Assembly (NCBI GenBank): GCA_023439545.1
Contig: JAEXNT010000019.1
Location: 37,313 to 101,312, forward strand
DNA: 64,000 nt
Direction: 5' to 3'
Origin: Bacillota bacterium
GTDB lineage: Bacteria > Bacillota > Clostridia > Acetivibrionales > DTU013
Below the pieces are notes generated by a model. It had not been told where the DNA came from, ran no database searches, and saw only the letters and a program-made list of their open reading frames with translations. The position numbers were made by a program, and so were the translations under genes. How positions within the stretch are numbered: position 1 is the stretch's first letter; every line of letters starts with the position of its first letter. Positions 1 to 9,208 of the stretch are shown here, in pieces.

Positions 1-334
1 CGAAGCTTACACTTAGCGCTTCGTTTACCTTTTCCATCAGCTCCTCGTCCAGATGTCCTATCTTTTCCCTGAGCCTTTTTTTGTCAATCGTTCTTATCTG
101 TTCCAGCAGGATCACCGAATCCTTTTGAAGTCCGTAATCCTGGGCATTTATTTCTATATGCGTAGGCAGTTTTGCCTTGTTTATCTGCGATGTTATGGCT
201 GCAGCGATAATGGTCGGGCTGTATTTGTTCCCTATATCATTCTGCACTACAAGTACCGGCCTGACTCCTCCCTGCTCGGAGCCGATCACCGGACTAAGAT
301 CGGCGTAAAAAATATCACCGCGTTTTATTATCAC
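1..334 (-). CDS. mazF: Type II toxin MazF/EndoA endoribonuclease (C-terminus cut by window edge)
   Basis: Reverse-strand translation from GTG at 332-334 gives [62 protein letters not shown]..., which is colinear with B. subtilis EndoA/MazF. It starts 2 nt after the antitoxin stop. It is absent from the ORF track because it runs off the window. Confidence 0.9.
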   Translation of the reverse strand, partial: MIIKRGDIFYADLSPVIGSEQGGVRPVLVVQNDIGNKYSPTIIAAAITSQINKAKLPTHIEINAQDYGLQKDSVILLEQIRTIDKKRLREKIGHLDEELMEKVNEALSVSF

Positions 335-336
335 GT

Positions 337-612
337 TTACTCCAACTCCCCAAGTCGTTCCTCATATTTTTGCTGCTGGTCGCAATCCGCGTCCAAACAC
401 AGCTCCGCAAGTCTGATATTGATTTCGGCCATTTCCTGATACCCTTTTTTCATCCTGTCTCTCATCTCAATTTTTCTCTTTTCCCTTATATACAATTTCA
501 TGGCTTCCCTGACGAACTCGCTTCTGTTGGTTTTTTCGACAGAAACTATCGTATCTATCTCTTTCAATAGATTATCAGGAAGACTTATAAGTATTTTTTT
601 CAATTCTGCCAA
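337..612 (-). CDS. mazE: Ribbon-helix-helix (CopG/MazE-EndoAI type) antitoxin
   Basis: The motif [40 protein letters not shown] is a typical RHH fold, and the gene sits immediately upstream of mazF. The ORF is open to 684. A GGGGGA Shine-Dalgarno 6 nt before TTG at 610-612 gives a MazE-sized 91-aa product. Confidence 0.8.
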   Translation of the reverse strand: MAELKKILISLPDNLLKEIDTIVSVEKTNRSEFVREAMKLYIREKRKIEMRDRMKKGYQEMAEINIRLAELCLDADCDQQQKYEERLGELE

Positions 613-1144
613 AATAAATCCCCCATTTTTTTTGGATTTATAACGAGTCGGCGAATACGTATCTCCCGCCTCGTTGAAACGCATCTGAGGTAAGAAATTT
701 TCTACAATGGATTTCTACTTTGCAGAAATGCTACTCCGATGAAACATTTCGCTTTAGCGAAATCTATTGCCGTAAAATTTTCTCTGAACGGATGCGTTTT
801 AAAATGGTTGAGACAGCGTACTATTATTTTAGCTGGCCTCGTCAAAATTATGTGGGTGGTATATGCATTAGTATATAACTAATTATATATATTATTGTAT
901 ACACGGTCAAATTAAAATTACATTACGCATTAATATAATATAATGCACCAAATCCACAAAACATGCGTATTTTCCGCAGCCATCACTTCGACCGGTCTTC
1001 GGGACGGCCTGTCGGAACCCGAAGGGCCTGAGAAGCCTGAAGGCTCTGACGGGCTTGAGCGGCTTGCCGGACCTATAGAGCCTGCCTGGCCTATAGAACC
1101 TGCGGAGCTTGAGGAGCCTGACGCTTCCGAACCGGTTCTGCCAG

Positions 1145-2314
1145 TCAGATTAGGTAGTTCAGGATGCTGCAGATCTTACCGTCCTTCAGATATACTCTGG
1201 GGATCCTTTTACCTATGATGCATACAAGTTCGTAATTGATCGTACCGATATCGGCCGCTACCTCGTCAACGCTGATGCTGGATCCGTTCTGATTTCCGAA
1301 GACCACAACCTCGTCCCCCACATGCACATCCTTTTTAAGCTCCGTCACATCGATCATGCACTGATCCATACATATCCTTCCGACTACAGGGGCAAACTCA
1401 CCGTTCACGAGCATGCGGCCCTTGTTCGAAAGCAGTCTTGTATATCCGTCGGCATATCCGATCGGTATGGTAGCAATTTTGCTTTTGCGGGAAGTGCGGA
1501 ATATCCGGCCATAGCTTATGCAGGTATCCGGTTCCACATCCTTGACCATTATGACGTTGGCTTTCAGGGTCATAGCCGGTTTGAGCCTGATCTTTTCCCT
1601 GTCTACATCCTTCGACGGGTACAGTCCGTATAGTATGACTCCCGGGCGGACCATATCAAGGTGCATTTCAGGGTATTGCATAGTCCCGGCGCTGTTGCAC
1701 ACATGCTTTACGGGAATCTCTATACCCTCCTTCGAAAGCTCGGTGCATAAGCCCAGGAAGCGGTCGTACTGCATCTGCGTATAATCCTTTTCACGCTCGT
1801 CAGCAGAGGCAAAGTGCGTAAACATGCCTTCCAGCACAAGGCCGGGCAGCCTGCTTATTTCAGTGATATTCTTTACCGCATCGCGACCGGGCATGAAGCC
1901 GATCCTTGTCATTCCGGTGTCTACCTTGACATGTACCTTCACTCTTTTACCCAGCCTGACAGCCGCCGAAGAGAGCGCCTCTGCAAGGTCCAGGCTGAAA
2001 ACCGTCTGTGTTACGTCATTGAGCACCAATTCCTCGGCTCTGACGGGATCGGTATAGCCGAGTATAAGGATAGGCACGTCAATACCCATGTTCCTGATCT
2101 GGATCGCTTCGTCCAGCATTGAAACAGCAAGCTGCGTCACTCCATTGTCCAGCAGTGTCCTGACGACCTCACGGACTCCGTGTCCATATGCGTCCGCCTT
2201 GACGACGCCCATCATTTCAACCTTTTTCCCTGTGAATTTCTTTATTTCGCGCACGTTATGTGCGATCGCATCCAGATCTATTTCCGCCCATGCCCTGTTA
2301 AGTTTGTAATCCAT
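1145..2314 (-). CDS. alr: Alanine racemase
   Basis: Contains VVKADAYGHG (PLP-lysine motif) and full-length alr similarity. GGAGG lies 7 nt upstream of the ATG at 2312-2314 (MDYKLNRAWAEIDL). The ORF track's longer start at 2347 lacks an RBS. The alr-mazE-mazF order matches Bacillus. Confidence 0.95.
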   Translation of the reverse strand: MDYKLNRAWAEIDLDAIAHNVREIKKFTGKKVEMMGVVKADAYGHGVREVVRTLLDNGVTQLAVSMLDEAIQIRNMGIDVPILILGYTDPVRAEELVLNDVTQTVFSLDLAEALSSAAVRLGKRVKVHVKVDTGMTRIGFMPGRDAVKNITEISRLPGLVLEGMFTHFASADEREKDYTQMQYDRFLGLCTELSKEGIEIPVKHVCNSAGTMQYPEMHLDMVRPGVILYGLYPSKDVDREKIRLKPAMTLKANVIMVKDVEPDTCISYGRIFRTSRKSKIATIPIGYADGYTRLLSNKGRMLVNGEFAPVVGRICMDQCMIDVTELKKDVHVGDEVVVFGNQNGSSISVDEVAADIGTINYELVCIIGKRIPRVYLKDGKICSILNYLI

Positions 2315-2500
2315 GATATCCTCCGTTAAATACATTTCACCGGTCATAAAGCACCGGTTTCTTTTGTGGTCTCCCTATCAGTATATTCCTGAGGTTTCCT
2401 GCGGCAGCATTAATCCTCCGAAGCCGCTATAAAAACACTCTGCAAACGCAGCGGCTTGGGGGACTTCATCTCAGCCGTTGAAGCAATTCCGTTCCCGCCG

Positions 2501-4066
2501 CTAAACCGGCCGGCGCAGTTTGATTATTTCTTTAATTGCATACGGCAAGTGGCTCACGACATCACCTGCAAGAATGCCGTGCATTCCCATGCTGTCCGCC
2601 GCCAGGTCGCCTGCCAGACCGTGGAGATATACCCCGGCTATAGCCGCTTCCGCCGCGGAAGCACCCTGCGCTATCAGCCCCGTAATAACGCCTGTGAGCA
2701 CATCGCCGGTACCGGCGGTGGCCATGCCGGCATTGCCGGTGGGATTGACAAATATCCTTCCGTCAGGAAGCGCGATGATCGTCCTGCTTCCCTTGAGCAC
2801 GGTCACAACCCCATACTCCGACGCAAACCTTCCGGCCGTGCCTATTCTGTCCTTTTGCACATCGGCTGCGGTCAGCCCCGTCAACCTTGCCATCTCGCCG
2901 GGATGCGGGGTAATCACGGCTTCCGCATCGAGTCGCTTAAGTATTTCCGTATTATCGGAAATAACGTTAAGCGCGTCCGCGTCCAGTACCAGCGGCGCCT
3001 TGCATTCACTTACGACCATCCCGACCAGCCGTTTTACGCCCTCGGCCGCAGACAGTCCCGGACCGGCGGCAACGACGTCCATAACTGTCATACGCTCTCT
3101 TATTTTTCCCCCGCTTTCGTCGGAGAGGTACCCTTTACCACCGTCAGGAAGCGCGATAATAACAGGCTCAGTCAGAGAGGAGCTATAAATGCCCGTCAGG
3201 CTTTCCGGCACTCCGGCGTATACGAGGCCTGCTCCGACGCGTAGCGCGGCTGTACAGGCCAGTCGGCCGGAGCCGGTCATTCCGGTCGAACCGGTAATTA
3301 TGAAAGCTTTCCCGTAGGTTCCCTTGTTGGAATCGGGTCTTCTTTGCGGTATTAAATCCGCTGCCGTTACAGCGTCGATAATTTCACACTTTATATCCTG
3401 TGCATCGATAACGCAGCGCGGTATCCCGATATCAGCCACCTTCAGCCTTCCGGCGTATTCGCAGCCGGGGTTTACAACCAGCCCGATTTTAGGCATGCAG
3501 AAGGTGACCGTCGTATCGGCCCTGATACATTCGCCGCGTATGCTTCCGTCAGCCCCGTCTATACCCGAGGGTATGTCGATCGACAGTATCGGCTTTCCGG
3601 ACAAATTCATCCTTTCGATGACTGTCGAAGCGATACCGCTTATATCCCGGCTCAATCCCGTTCCGAAAACTCCGTCTATCACGAGCTGCGATTCTTTTAG
3701 TCTGGAATTGAGAAGCGCAATTTCTTCCTCTCCGTTTATCTCAACGATATTTATGCCGATTTTCTCCAATGTGGCCATATTCGTAAAGGCATCGCCCGAA
3801 ATACCGGCCTTGGCCCCTACCAGAAAAACGTGGACGTCAAAGCCCTGACCGTGGAGCAGCCTGGCTGCGGCAAATGCGTCTCCGCCGTTATTTCCCCGGC
3901 CTGCAACGGCCGTAATAGCTCCGCCGATGCTTCCGCCAAGCATTGATACGGCTTCCGATGCAATGGCCGCCGCTGCGTCTTCCATCAGCAGGAGCCCGGG
4001 TATGCCATAATTATTTATGGTATTATTATCTATGGAATTCATTTGGGCAGGTGTTACAATCTTCAT
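2501..4066 (-). CDS. nnr: Bifunctional NAD(P)H-hydrate repair enzyme (epimerase / ADP-dependent dehydratase)
   Basis: An N-terminal YjeF_N domain (MKIVTPAQMNSID...GRGNNGGDAF) is fused to a C-terminal carbohydrate-kinase-like dehydratase (GPGLS..., GTGDVLTG). Confidence 0.9.
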   Translation of the reverse strand: MKIVTPAQMNSIDNNTINNYGIPGLLLMEDAAAAIASEAVSMLGGSIGGAITAVAGRGNNGGDAFAAARLLHGQGFDVHVFLVGAKAGISGDAFTNMATLEKIGINIVEINGEEEIALLNSRLKESQLVIDGVFGTGLSRDISGIASTVIERMNLSGKPILSIDIPSGIDGADGSIRGECIRADTTVTFCMPKIGLVVNPGCEYAGRLKVADIGIPRCVIDAQDIKCEIIDAVTAADLIPQRRPDSNKGTYGKAFIITGSTGMTGSGRLACTAALRVGAGLVYAGVPESLTGIYSSSLTEPVIIALPDGGKGYLSDESGGKIRERMTVMDVVAAGPGLSAAEGVKRLVGMVVSECKAPLVLDADALNVISDNTEILKRLDAEAVITPHPGEMARLTGLTAADVQKDRIGTAGRFASEYGVVTVLKGSRTIIALPDGRIFVNPTGNAGMATAGTGDVLTGVITGLIAQGASAAEAAIAGVYLHGLAGDLAADSMGMHGILAGDVVSHLPYAIKEIIKLRRPV

Positions 4067-4170
4067 AACGCTGCTTCCTTTGAGCGATCGATCGACGATC
4101 AATTGAGGTTCGATCAAATATAATCCGGTATGTCCGGGATCTGCCGGAATTCAGCAGAATCTGCCGGGAT

Positions 4171-4794
4171 CTATCCGAAAAACTCCCTGTCGAGCTTTTC
4201 CAGTTCTTCACCCCCGAGAAGGTCATGGAAATATGAGTATATATCCGTATCGTCCTGTGAAAGCGATTCCTTCTCGTCTATGTATCCCTTGAGCTTTTCC
4301 CTGGTCTCCTCTATCAGCTTTTCCAGCTCTTCAACGCGCTTTTTGCTGGATCTTATCTTGAAGTAGACTATGTTCACTGTAAGTTCGAGAAGCTCCAGAT
4401 TTGCCTGCTTCAACCTGCCGGGCATCTCGTCGAGCTGCTCCTCTATCTGTTTCGCCCTGTCGTTTATCCTTTTTATTTCACGCTCCGAGACCTGCATTTC
4501 CTTCTGGGCCTCCGCGTCGTTTTTTTCGAATACGTCAGGCGTAAGCTTTATTATCCTATCCATATGCTGCTTTTTCAAAGCTGCAATATTCTTCTGCTCT
4601 GCAGTTAGACGTGCTTCCTCCTTCAGCAGTTCCTTGAGCTTCTCCTCGCTGCGCTCGATGGCAGGAGTCCTGGGTGTGCTGTAGAACAGCTTGTTCCAGC
4701 GCTCATCCAGTATCAGGAGCGATATGTCATTCTTCCTTAAAGTCTTCGTATCAAACTTCCTGGTCTGGTTCGATTTCCAGGGCAATAAATTCAT
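4171..4794 (-). CDS. Coiled-coil protein of unknown function
   Basis: 207-aa ORF that is highly charged with heptad-like K/E-rich segments. I recognised no family. Confidence 0.55.
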   Translation of the reverse strand: MNLLPWKSNQTRKFDTKTLRKNDISLLILDERWNKLFYSTPRTPAIERSEEKLKELLKEEARLTAEQKNIAALKKQHMDRIIKLTPDVFEKNDAEAQKEMQVSEREIKRINDRAKQIEEQLDEMPGRLKQANLELLELTVNIVYFKIRSSKKRVEELEKLIEETREKLKGYIDEKESLSQDDTDIYSYFHDLLGGEELEKLDREFFG

Positions 4795-4907
4795 ACTGTC
4801 ATCCCCGTCCCGAAGTATTTAGCATGCCAATAGGCGGAACCTGCCAATTCAATTATAGTTTTTTCAAATTCCACATACAATGAGTATTTTTACTCAGGTC
4901 TGCCGTA

Positions 4908-6050
4908 TCAAAGGCCCAGTGCCTCCTTCAGATACTTTGCCGACGCTTCTCTTTCTTTTTCGAGCAGCGCATCCACCTGTACATAGTCTATAGGCTTATA
5001 TAATGTATCGACCCTATTCCTGAAATCCTTCAGTTCCATTGTATGAGAATAAATACGGGAAAGCAGCGAAAGGCTGTCCAATATACTGTATAACCTCGAA
5101 TTCACCGTTTTTTCCGATTTCTGTGAAGATTCGAAGCTGTAAAATTCTTTTTTGAAATTTATTGAAAATACAGTGCCGTGGAACGAATCGGTGCAGACAG
5201 CGGCCGCATTCCTGAAAAGACCGAGAAATTCCTTCGGACCCGCATCAAGTACAGTATGACGGGTTTGTGGCGCCACCCTGCGCGATCCGCACAGCGACAC
5301 GACGGGTAACTTGTAACTGTCGGAAAGTATCTGTACAAAGTCTCCGTATTTTCTGCCGTCGGTAATGAAATAGCACAATATGTATGGTTCCTTATATCCG
5401 GACTCCGCCGATACGGAGCTCCAGTCGTCCCCATCCAGCAGGAGCGTTGGGTCGAGCACAGTCTGTGCTTCCCTCGCCGCTATATCGCGTATGATGCTTT
5501 CACCCTGCTTTTCCCTGACGGACAGGCATTCAAACCTGTCCAGGTATTTTTTCAGCAGCTCCCTTTTATCCTCGGGTATCGAGCTTATCCCGAAGCTAGG
5601 AGCGTAAGCGATACGTCTGCCACTTTTTGCAAAATCCGCAAAAAAGGCGGGATCAAAGGTATTTTCCTTATAAATGAGAGGATTCCATATCTGATCGCTT
5701 CCGCAAATATATACGTCATACGCGGGAGCGTCATTTTTCAGTTGTTCATAAGACCCATAGAATTTATTCGAAAGGTTCATATCGCCGTGTACAAAGCTTT
5801 CAAAGCGGGCATATCTTTTTCTCAGCTTTCTCAGGTTGAGCAGAGTATTGGCATTCGACAGAAGCGATCTTGCCGACAGGCCTTTTTTAAACAGCCTGTT
5901 ACCTTCGACCGTGTCTATCCTCACATAATTGATCAATTCGCATTCCGTACCGGCTTTCTGCGCTGCCCTCATGAGTGCGTACGCCTGAAGCTGCGCACCG
6001 TAATGATGGGCGTGATGGAATGTCAATATGCCTGCTTTCATGATCTTCAC
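4908..6050 (-). CDS. Polysaccharide pyruvyl transferase family protein
   Basis: The N-terminus MKAGILTFHHAHHYGAQLQAYAL is characteristic of PS_pyruv_trans (CsaB/WcaK-like) proteins. It lies in a glycan cluster next to an FrhB-like partner. Confidence 0.85.
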   Translation of the reverse strand: MKIMKAGILTFHHAHHYGAQLQAYALMRAAQKAGTECELINYVRIDTVEGNRLFKKGLSARSLLSNANTLLNLRKLRKRYARFESFVHGDMNLSNKFYGSYEQLKNDAPAYDVYICGSDQIWNPLIYKENTFDPAFFADFAKSGRRIAYAPSFGISSIPEDKRELLKKYLDRFECLSVREKQGESIIRDIAAREAQTVLDPTLLLDGDDWSSVSAESGYKEPYILCYFITDGRKYGDFVQILSDSYKLPVVSLCGSRRVAPQTRHTVLDAGPKEFLGLFRNAAAVCTDSFHGTVFSINFKKEFYSFESSQKSEKTVNSRLYSILDSLSLLSRIYSHTMELKDFRNRVDTLYKPIDYVQVDALLEKEREASAKYLKEALGL

Positions 6051-6080
6051 CTTCCTGTTATTATTGCCTTACAAGCCAAA

Positions 6081-6404
6081 GATATCCTGCTGTACCCCGC
6101 TGCGCTTTGTTTACATCAAGACCTGATATCCTGCTGTACCCCGCTGCGCTCTGCTTTCTATTGCGGAGTTTTGTTCAAGGAGCATTTAAACTCAGCCCAA
6201 GTGGCAAATTCAAACTCGCTGTGTGGCAAGCCACTCCGCTCAAACATGAATTTGCCCCCGCCAATGCCTCGTTAATATGCTCTACCTGCTCTACCTCTCA
6301 AAACTCATGCAATATCAAGCAAAGCGCAACGGGGTACAGCCCTAGCGTATCGCGAGCTTAATACCTCGAGTGCAGCGAGCTAAAAAACCTCGAACGCAGC
6401 GGGT
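6081..6404. repeat. Cluster of direct and inverted short repeats in a 400-bp non-coding gap
   Basis: The 26-nt sequence gatatcctgctgtaccccgctgcgct occurs at 6081-6106 and 6125-6150. An inverted copy, agcgcaacggggtacagc, lies at 6323-6340 (17/18 match). Related acctcga(g/a)(t/c)gcagcg(a/g)g copies lie at 6363-6380 and 6387-6404. An inner inverted repeat is ggcaaattca (6203-6212) / tgaatttgcc (6248-6257). Confidence 0.8.
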
Positions 6405-6448
6405 CCAACTTCTGGGCTTAAGCAGCTTAAAATTCCCAAGTCATTCGG

Positions 6449-7963
6449 CTATTTTCTGCCGGGAAGCAGCCCCTTCACCCTGACAAGGATATCGGAAGCC
6501 ATTTTCCTCTCAATAAGAATATTGCCTCCTGCGACAACGATAAACACCCAAACCGCAGCCGGTATCGAATATAATGCCCAGCCGGCAAGGCTGCCCGGCT
6601 TGATGTCCACAAGGTAAAGCGCCGGCAGTACCGACGCGAAAAACAGCACGAATATCCTGAGCACTCTCCTGATGGAAAGCGTGGGTTTCAATTTGGTCAC
6701 GGTTTTCGGTATATAGAATATCAGGTCGATATCCCTGTACAGGTTTGAAAGTATGGACGCGACAAGTATGCCCGCAATGCCGAAGAACGGCGCAAGCACT
6801 ATTGAAAGCACAACAATTATGGCGGCCTGGATGAGCGACTGCACCTTCGTTTCTTTATAAAGGCCGGCCGATATGACAAGCATCCCCTGGGGCGTCTTTA
6901 TATTTGAGAAGATTCCAACGCCGACAAAGAGTGCCGCGATAACAGGCCGGACATATTCGGCGTCTGTGAATTTTGCGGTGTAGATATCCATAAAGGGCAT
7001 GATCAGTATGGCCGCGCACGCGTATCCCCACGTCACCAGGGCGTAATAGAGATATTCGTACTGCTGGTAAGCCTTCTGCATAGTACCCATCTCATTCCGT
7101 ACCAGCAGGTCGCCGAACATGGCGCTCAATCCGTTGCTGAAGGTCGTGAGCAATGCCAGCACACTGGCGAATACCATATTGTATACCACAAATACGCTGG
7201 CTTCCTTAAAGCCGAGCATAAGCGAAGTAACAACGACAGGCGTCGCGGTCGACGCAACTCCGAGGATCTGCAGTATGAGCGAATCCCAGCGTTTGTCGAG
7301 CGCGTTATTCATAGGCGGCGCTTTCAAGTCGATATCGGGATACTTTCTCCTGCCATACAGTACATACAGGCCGGACCGTGCCAAAAAGCTTATCAGCGCT
7401 ATCAGCTGGACAAGCACAATATCATAGCGAAGGCTGGCAAGAATGAGGATTATTATGGCATTAACGGCGACAGCAGTCGCATTTATCAACGAAATGACAT
7501 AGCTCTTCTGATCCGCCGTGTAAAGCACCTTGTATTTACCTACGGCGAAGAATTCCAACGCTCCCGAGGCGCCGATAATCAATACCAGGGCGGCTATCGT
7601 AACGACGCTGATGCCCTGCCCCGAGGTAAACATGGGATATAGGAACGCGGTCAAAAGAACCAGTCCCGAAAAGACAAAGCCTGAAATATTGTAGAATCTG
7701 TTGGACGCCGACAATATCCCGTTGATGTCGTGCTTGTTTTTGTCAGCGAGCGGTTTATACAGAGCGTATATGGCAGCTCCCGAGATTCCCGCTTCAACAA
7801 GGTTGAAGTATGATATGAACTGCCTGATGGAAGTAACGAGCCCGTTAACGGATGAACCGTATACGGTGATCATTACCTGCGGTAGTATCAGATTTACTAC
7901 AAGATTTACGATTTGAAGCACAATTGCGCTGATTGTATTATATATTGAAAGCTTGGTTCTCAT
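6449..7963 (-). CDS. Oligosaccharide flippase (Wzx-like, MOP superfamily)
   Basis: 504-aa polytopic membrane protein. The N-terminus NTISAIVLQIVNLVVNLILPQVMITVYGSSVNGL is typical of polysaccharide biosynthesis flippases. Confidence 0.8.
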   Translation of the reverse strand: MRTKLSIYNTISAIVLQIVNLVVNLILPQVMITVYGSSVNGLVTSIRQFISYFNLVEAGISGAAIYALYKPLADKNKHDINGILSASNRFYNISGFVFSGLVLLTAFLYPMFTSGQGISVVTIAALVLIIGASGALEFFAVGKYKVLYTADQKSYVISLINATAVAVNAIIILILASLRYDIVLVQLIALISFLARSGLYVLYGRRKYPDIDLKAPPMNNALDKRWDSLILQILGVASTATPVVVTSLMLGFKEASVFVVYNMVFASVLALLTTFSNGLSAMFGDLLVRNEMGTMQKAYQQYEYLYYALVTWGYACAAILIMPFMDIYTAKFTDAEYVRPVIAALFVGVGIFSNIKTPQGMLVISAGLYKETKVQSLIQAAIIVVLSIVLAPFFGIAGILVASILSNLYRDIDLIFYIPKTVTKLKPTLSIRRVLRIFVLFFASVLPALYLVDIKPGSLAGWALYSIPAAVWVFIVVAGGNILIERKMASDILVRVKGLLPGRK

Positions 7964-8011
7964 AGATTCCTTTCATTTAACCGGAGTCAGCCTACCTGCA
8001 CCGGACTCAGC

Positions 8012-9208
8012 CTACCCGCGCCCAAGAAGGCGCTTAGCCAGACATTTTACCCTGTACCTGAAGCTTTTGTTGTCCATGTATTTTGCTCTGAGCCGGTCAA
8101 AATCGAGGCCCGCCTTCATATCTCCGAAGAATTCGCGCCGCCCTGCAGGTTCCGCGACTGAGGAAACCAATCTCGGGTTGAACCTGACTGCTTCGTCGAA
8201 TGAACGCTCCTTGATGCAGGTGTTTTCGCCGATCCGCTTCAGGGCTTCCTCTCCGGCGGCCGTATGAGTTATTATCAAAGAAACTCCCTTATTATCCGAG
8301 TACTCCGATTCACCGCGTTTGTCTATTCCCCAGAAATCCGCAAGCGTAATATCCGCTTTCGTGTTATTGATCCTGAATTTGCAGTCGTAGCACGATCTGC
8401 GGTTGAATATGCTCTTTCCGAAACCCATGGAGTAGATCTCTCTCTTGACTCTGTCGGTATATCGGCTTCCGTTTTTGAATTCGATCTGCATGCTGCTGTC
8501 GTTCCAGCCGGTCGCCTTGTCACGGAAGGATACCGACTTGATATCGCTTTTATATGCATACTGAAGATATCCGAGGAACATCTCCCAAACCTTTGGCGAA
8601 GGTACGCCGTGGCAGGCAAGGTCGCATGTAAGCAGTCCCGGATAATCGTGATTCAGAAAGGACTTAAGTCCGGCGATCTGGCAGGGCATGCCACAGAACA
8701 GAACTTTTCTGCCTGCTTTCAGAAAATCCCCGGCTTTGATAAATGAATCGGCGATATCGCTTTGAACATATTTTGAACGTCTGAGGTTATCGAGCTCTTT
8801 TTCGTTCTCGGCACATATATGGGTCACTTTAAAGCCTTTATCGAATCCGGCCCCGAATACCACTCCGCCATCCGCGAGCGTAATAAGCGCAAGCTGCGTA
8901 AATACTCCGCCCGAGGTGCTCTTTGATCTGATGGCCTCATCCCTGGAATAGCAGGCATAGACTTTATGCCCGGCGCCGGATTGTTTTGTTTCCGAACCTG
9001 TCTGCCTGGGTTCCGAGCCAGGTTTGAGAACGTTATTGATCGGACAGGTTTTCTCGCAGAGCCCGCAATTGCTGCAAAGCTCTTCGTTTATGTGCGGATA
9101 AAGGAAGCCTTCCTCATTTGCCAACATAGTAACTGCGCCTTTGGGGCACACCTGCCCGCAGGCCGCACAACCGGTGCACAGTCTGGCTTCCCTGGTTATC
9201 TCCTTCAT
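8012..9208 (-). CDS. FrhB-like (coenzyme F420 hydrogenase/dehydrogenase beta-subunit family) 2x[4Fe-4S] protein
   Basis: Two ferredoxin motifs (CTGCAACGQVCP, CSNCGLCEKTCP) are followed by an FrhB_C-like region (LFCGMPCQIAGLKSFL). It overlaps the upstream gene's stop by 1 nt (TGATG). Confidence 0.8.
   Translation of the reverse strand: MKEITREARLCTGCAACGQVCPKGAVTMLANEEGFLYPHINEELCSNCGLCEKTCPINNVLKPGSEPRQTGSETKQSGAGHKVYACYSRDEAIRSKSTSGGVFTQLALITLADGGVVFGAGFDKGFKVTHICAENEKELDNLRRSKYVQSDIADSFIKAGDFLKAGRKVLFCGMPCQIAGLKSFLNHDYPGLLTCDLACHGVPSPKVWEMFLGYLQYAYKSDIKSVSFRDKATGWNDSSMQIEFKNGSRYTDRVKREIYSMGFGKSIFNRRSCYDCKFRINNTKADITLADFWGIDKRGESEYSDNKGVSLIITHTAAGEEALKRIGENTCIKERSFDEAVRFNPRLVSSVAEPAGRREFFGDMKAGLDFDRLRAKYMDNKSFRYRVKCLAKRLLGRG

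Noticed and set aside
943-1218. Plus-strand 91-aa ORF encoding a Pro/Glu-rich peptide
   Set aside because: It has no RBS, it overlaps the 3' end of alr on the opposite strand, and its composition derives from degenerate GC-rich repeats. It is most likely non-coding.
2456-3244. Long antisense ORFs opposite well-supported genes (also 16778-17593, 18826-19659, 27425-28168, 28047-28910, 29100-29792, 31588-32784, 52532-53308, 55551-56348, 56513-57256, 62322-63083)
   Set aside because: These are shadow frames of strongly supported genes on the other strand. They have no recognisable domains, Arg/Pro/Ser-rich low-information composition, and no RBS.
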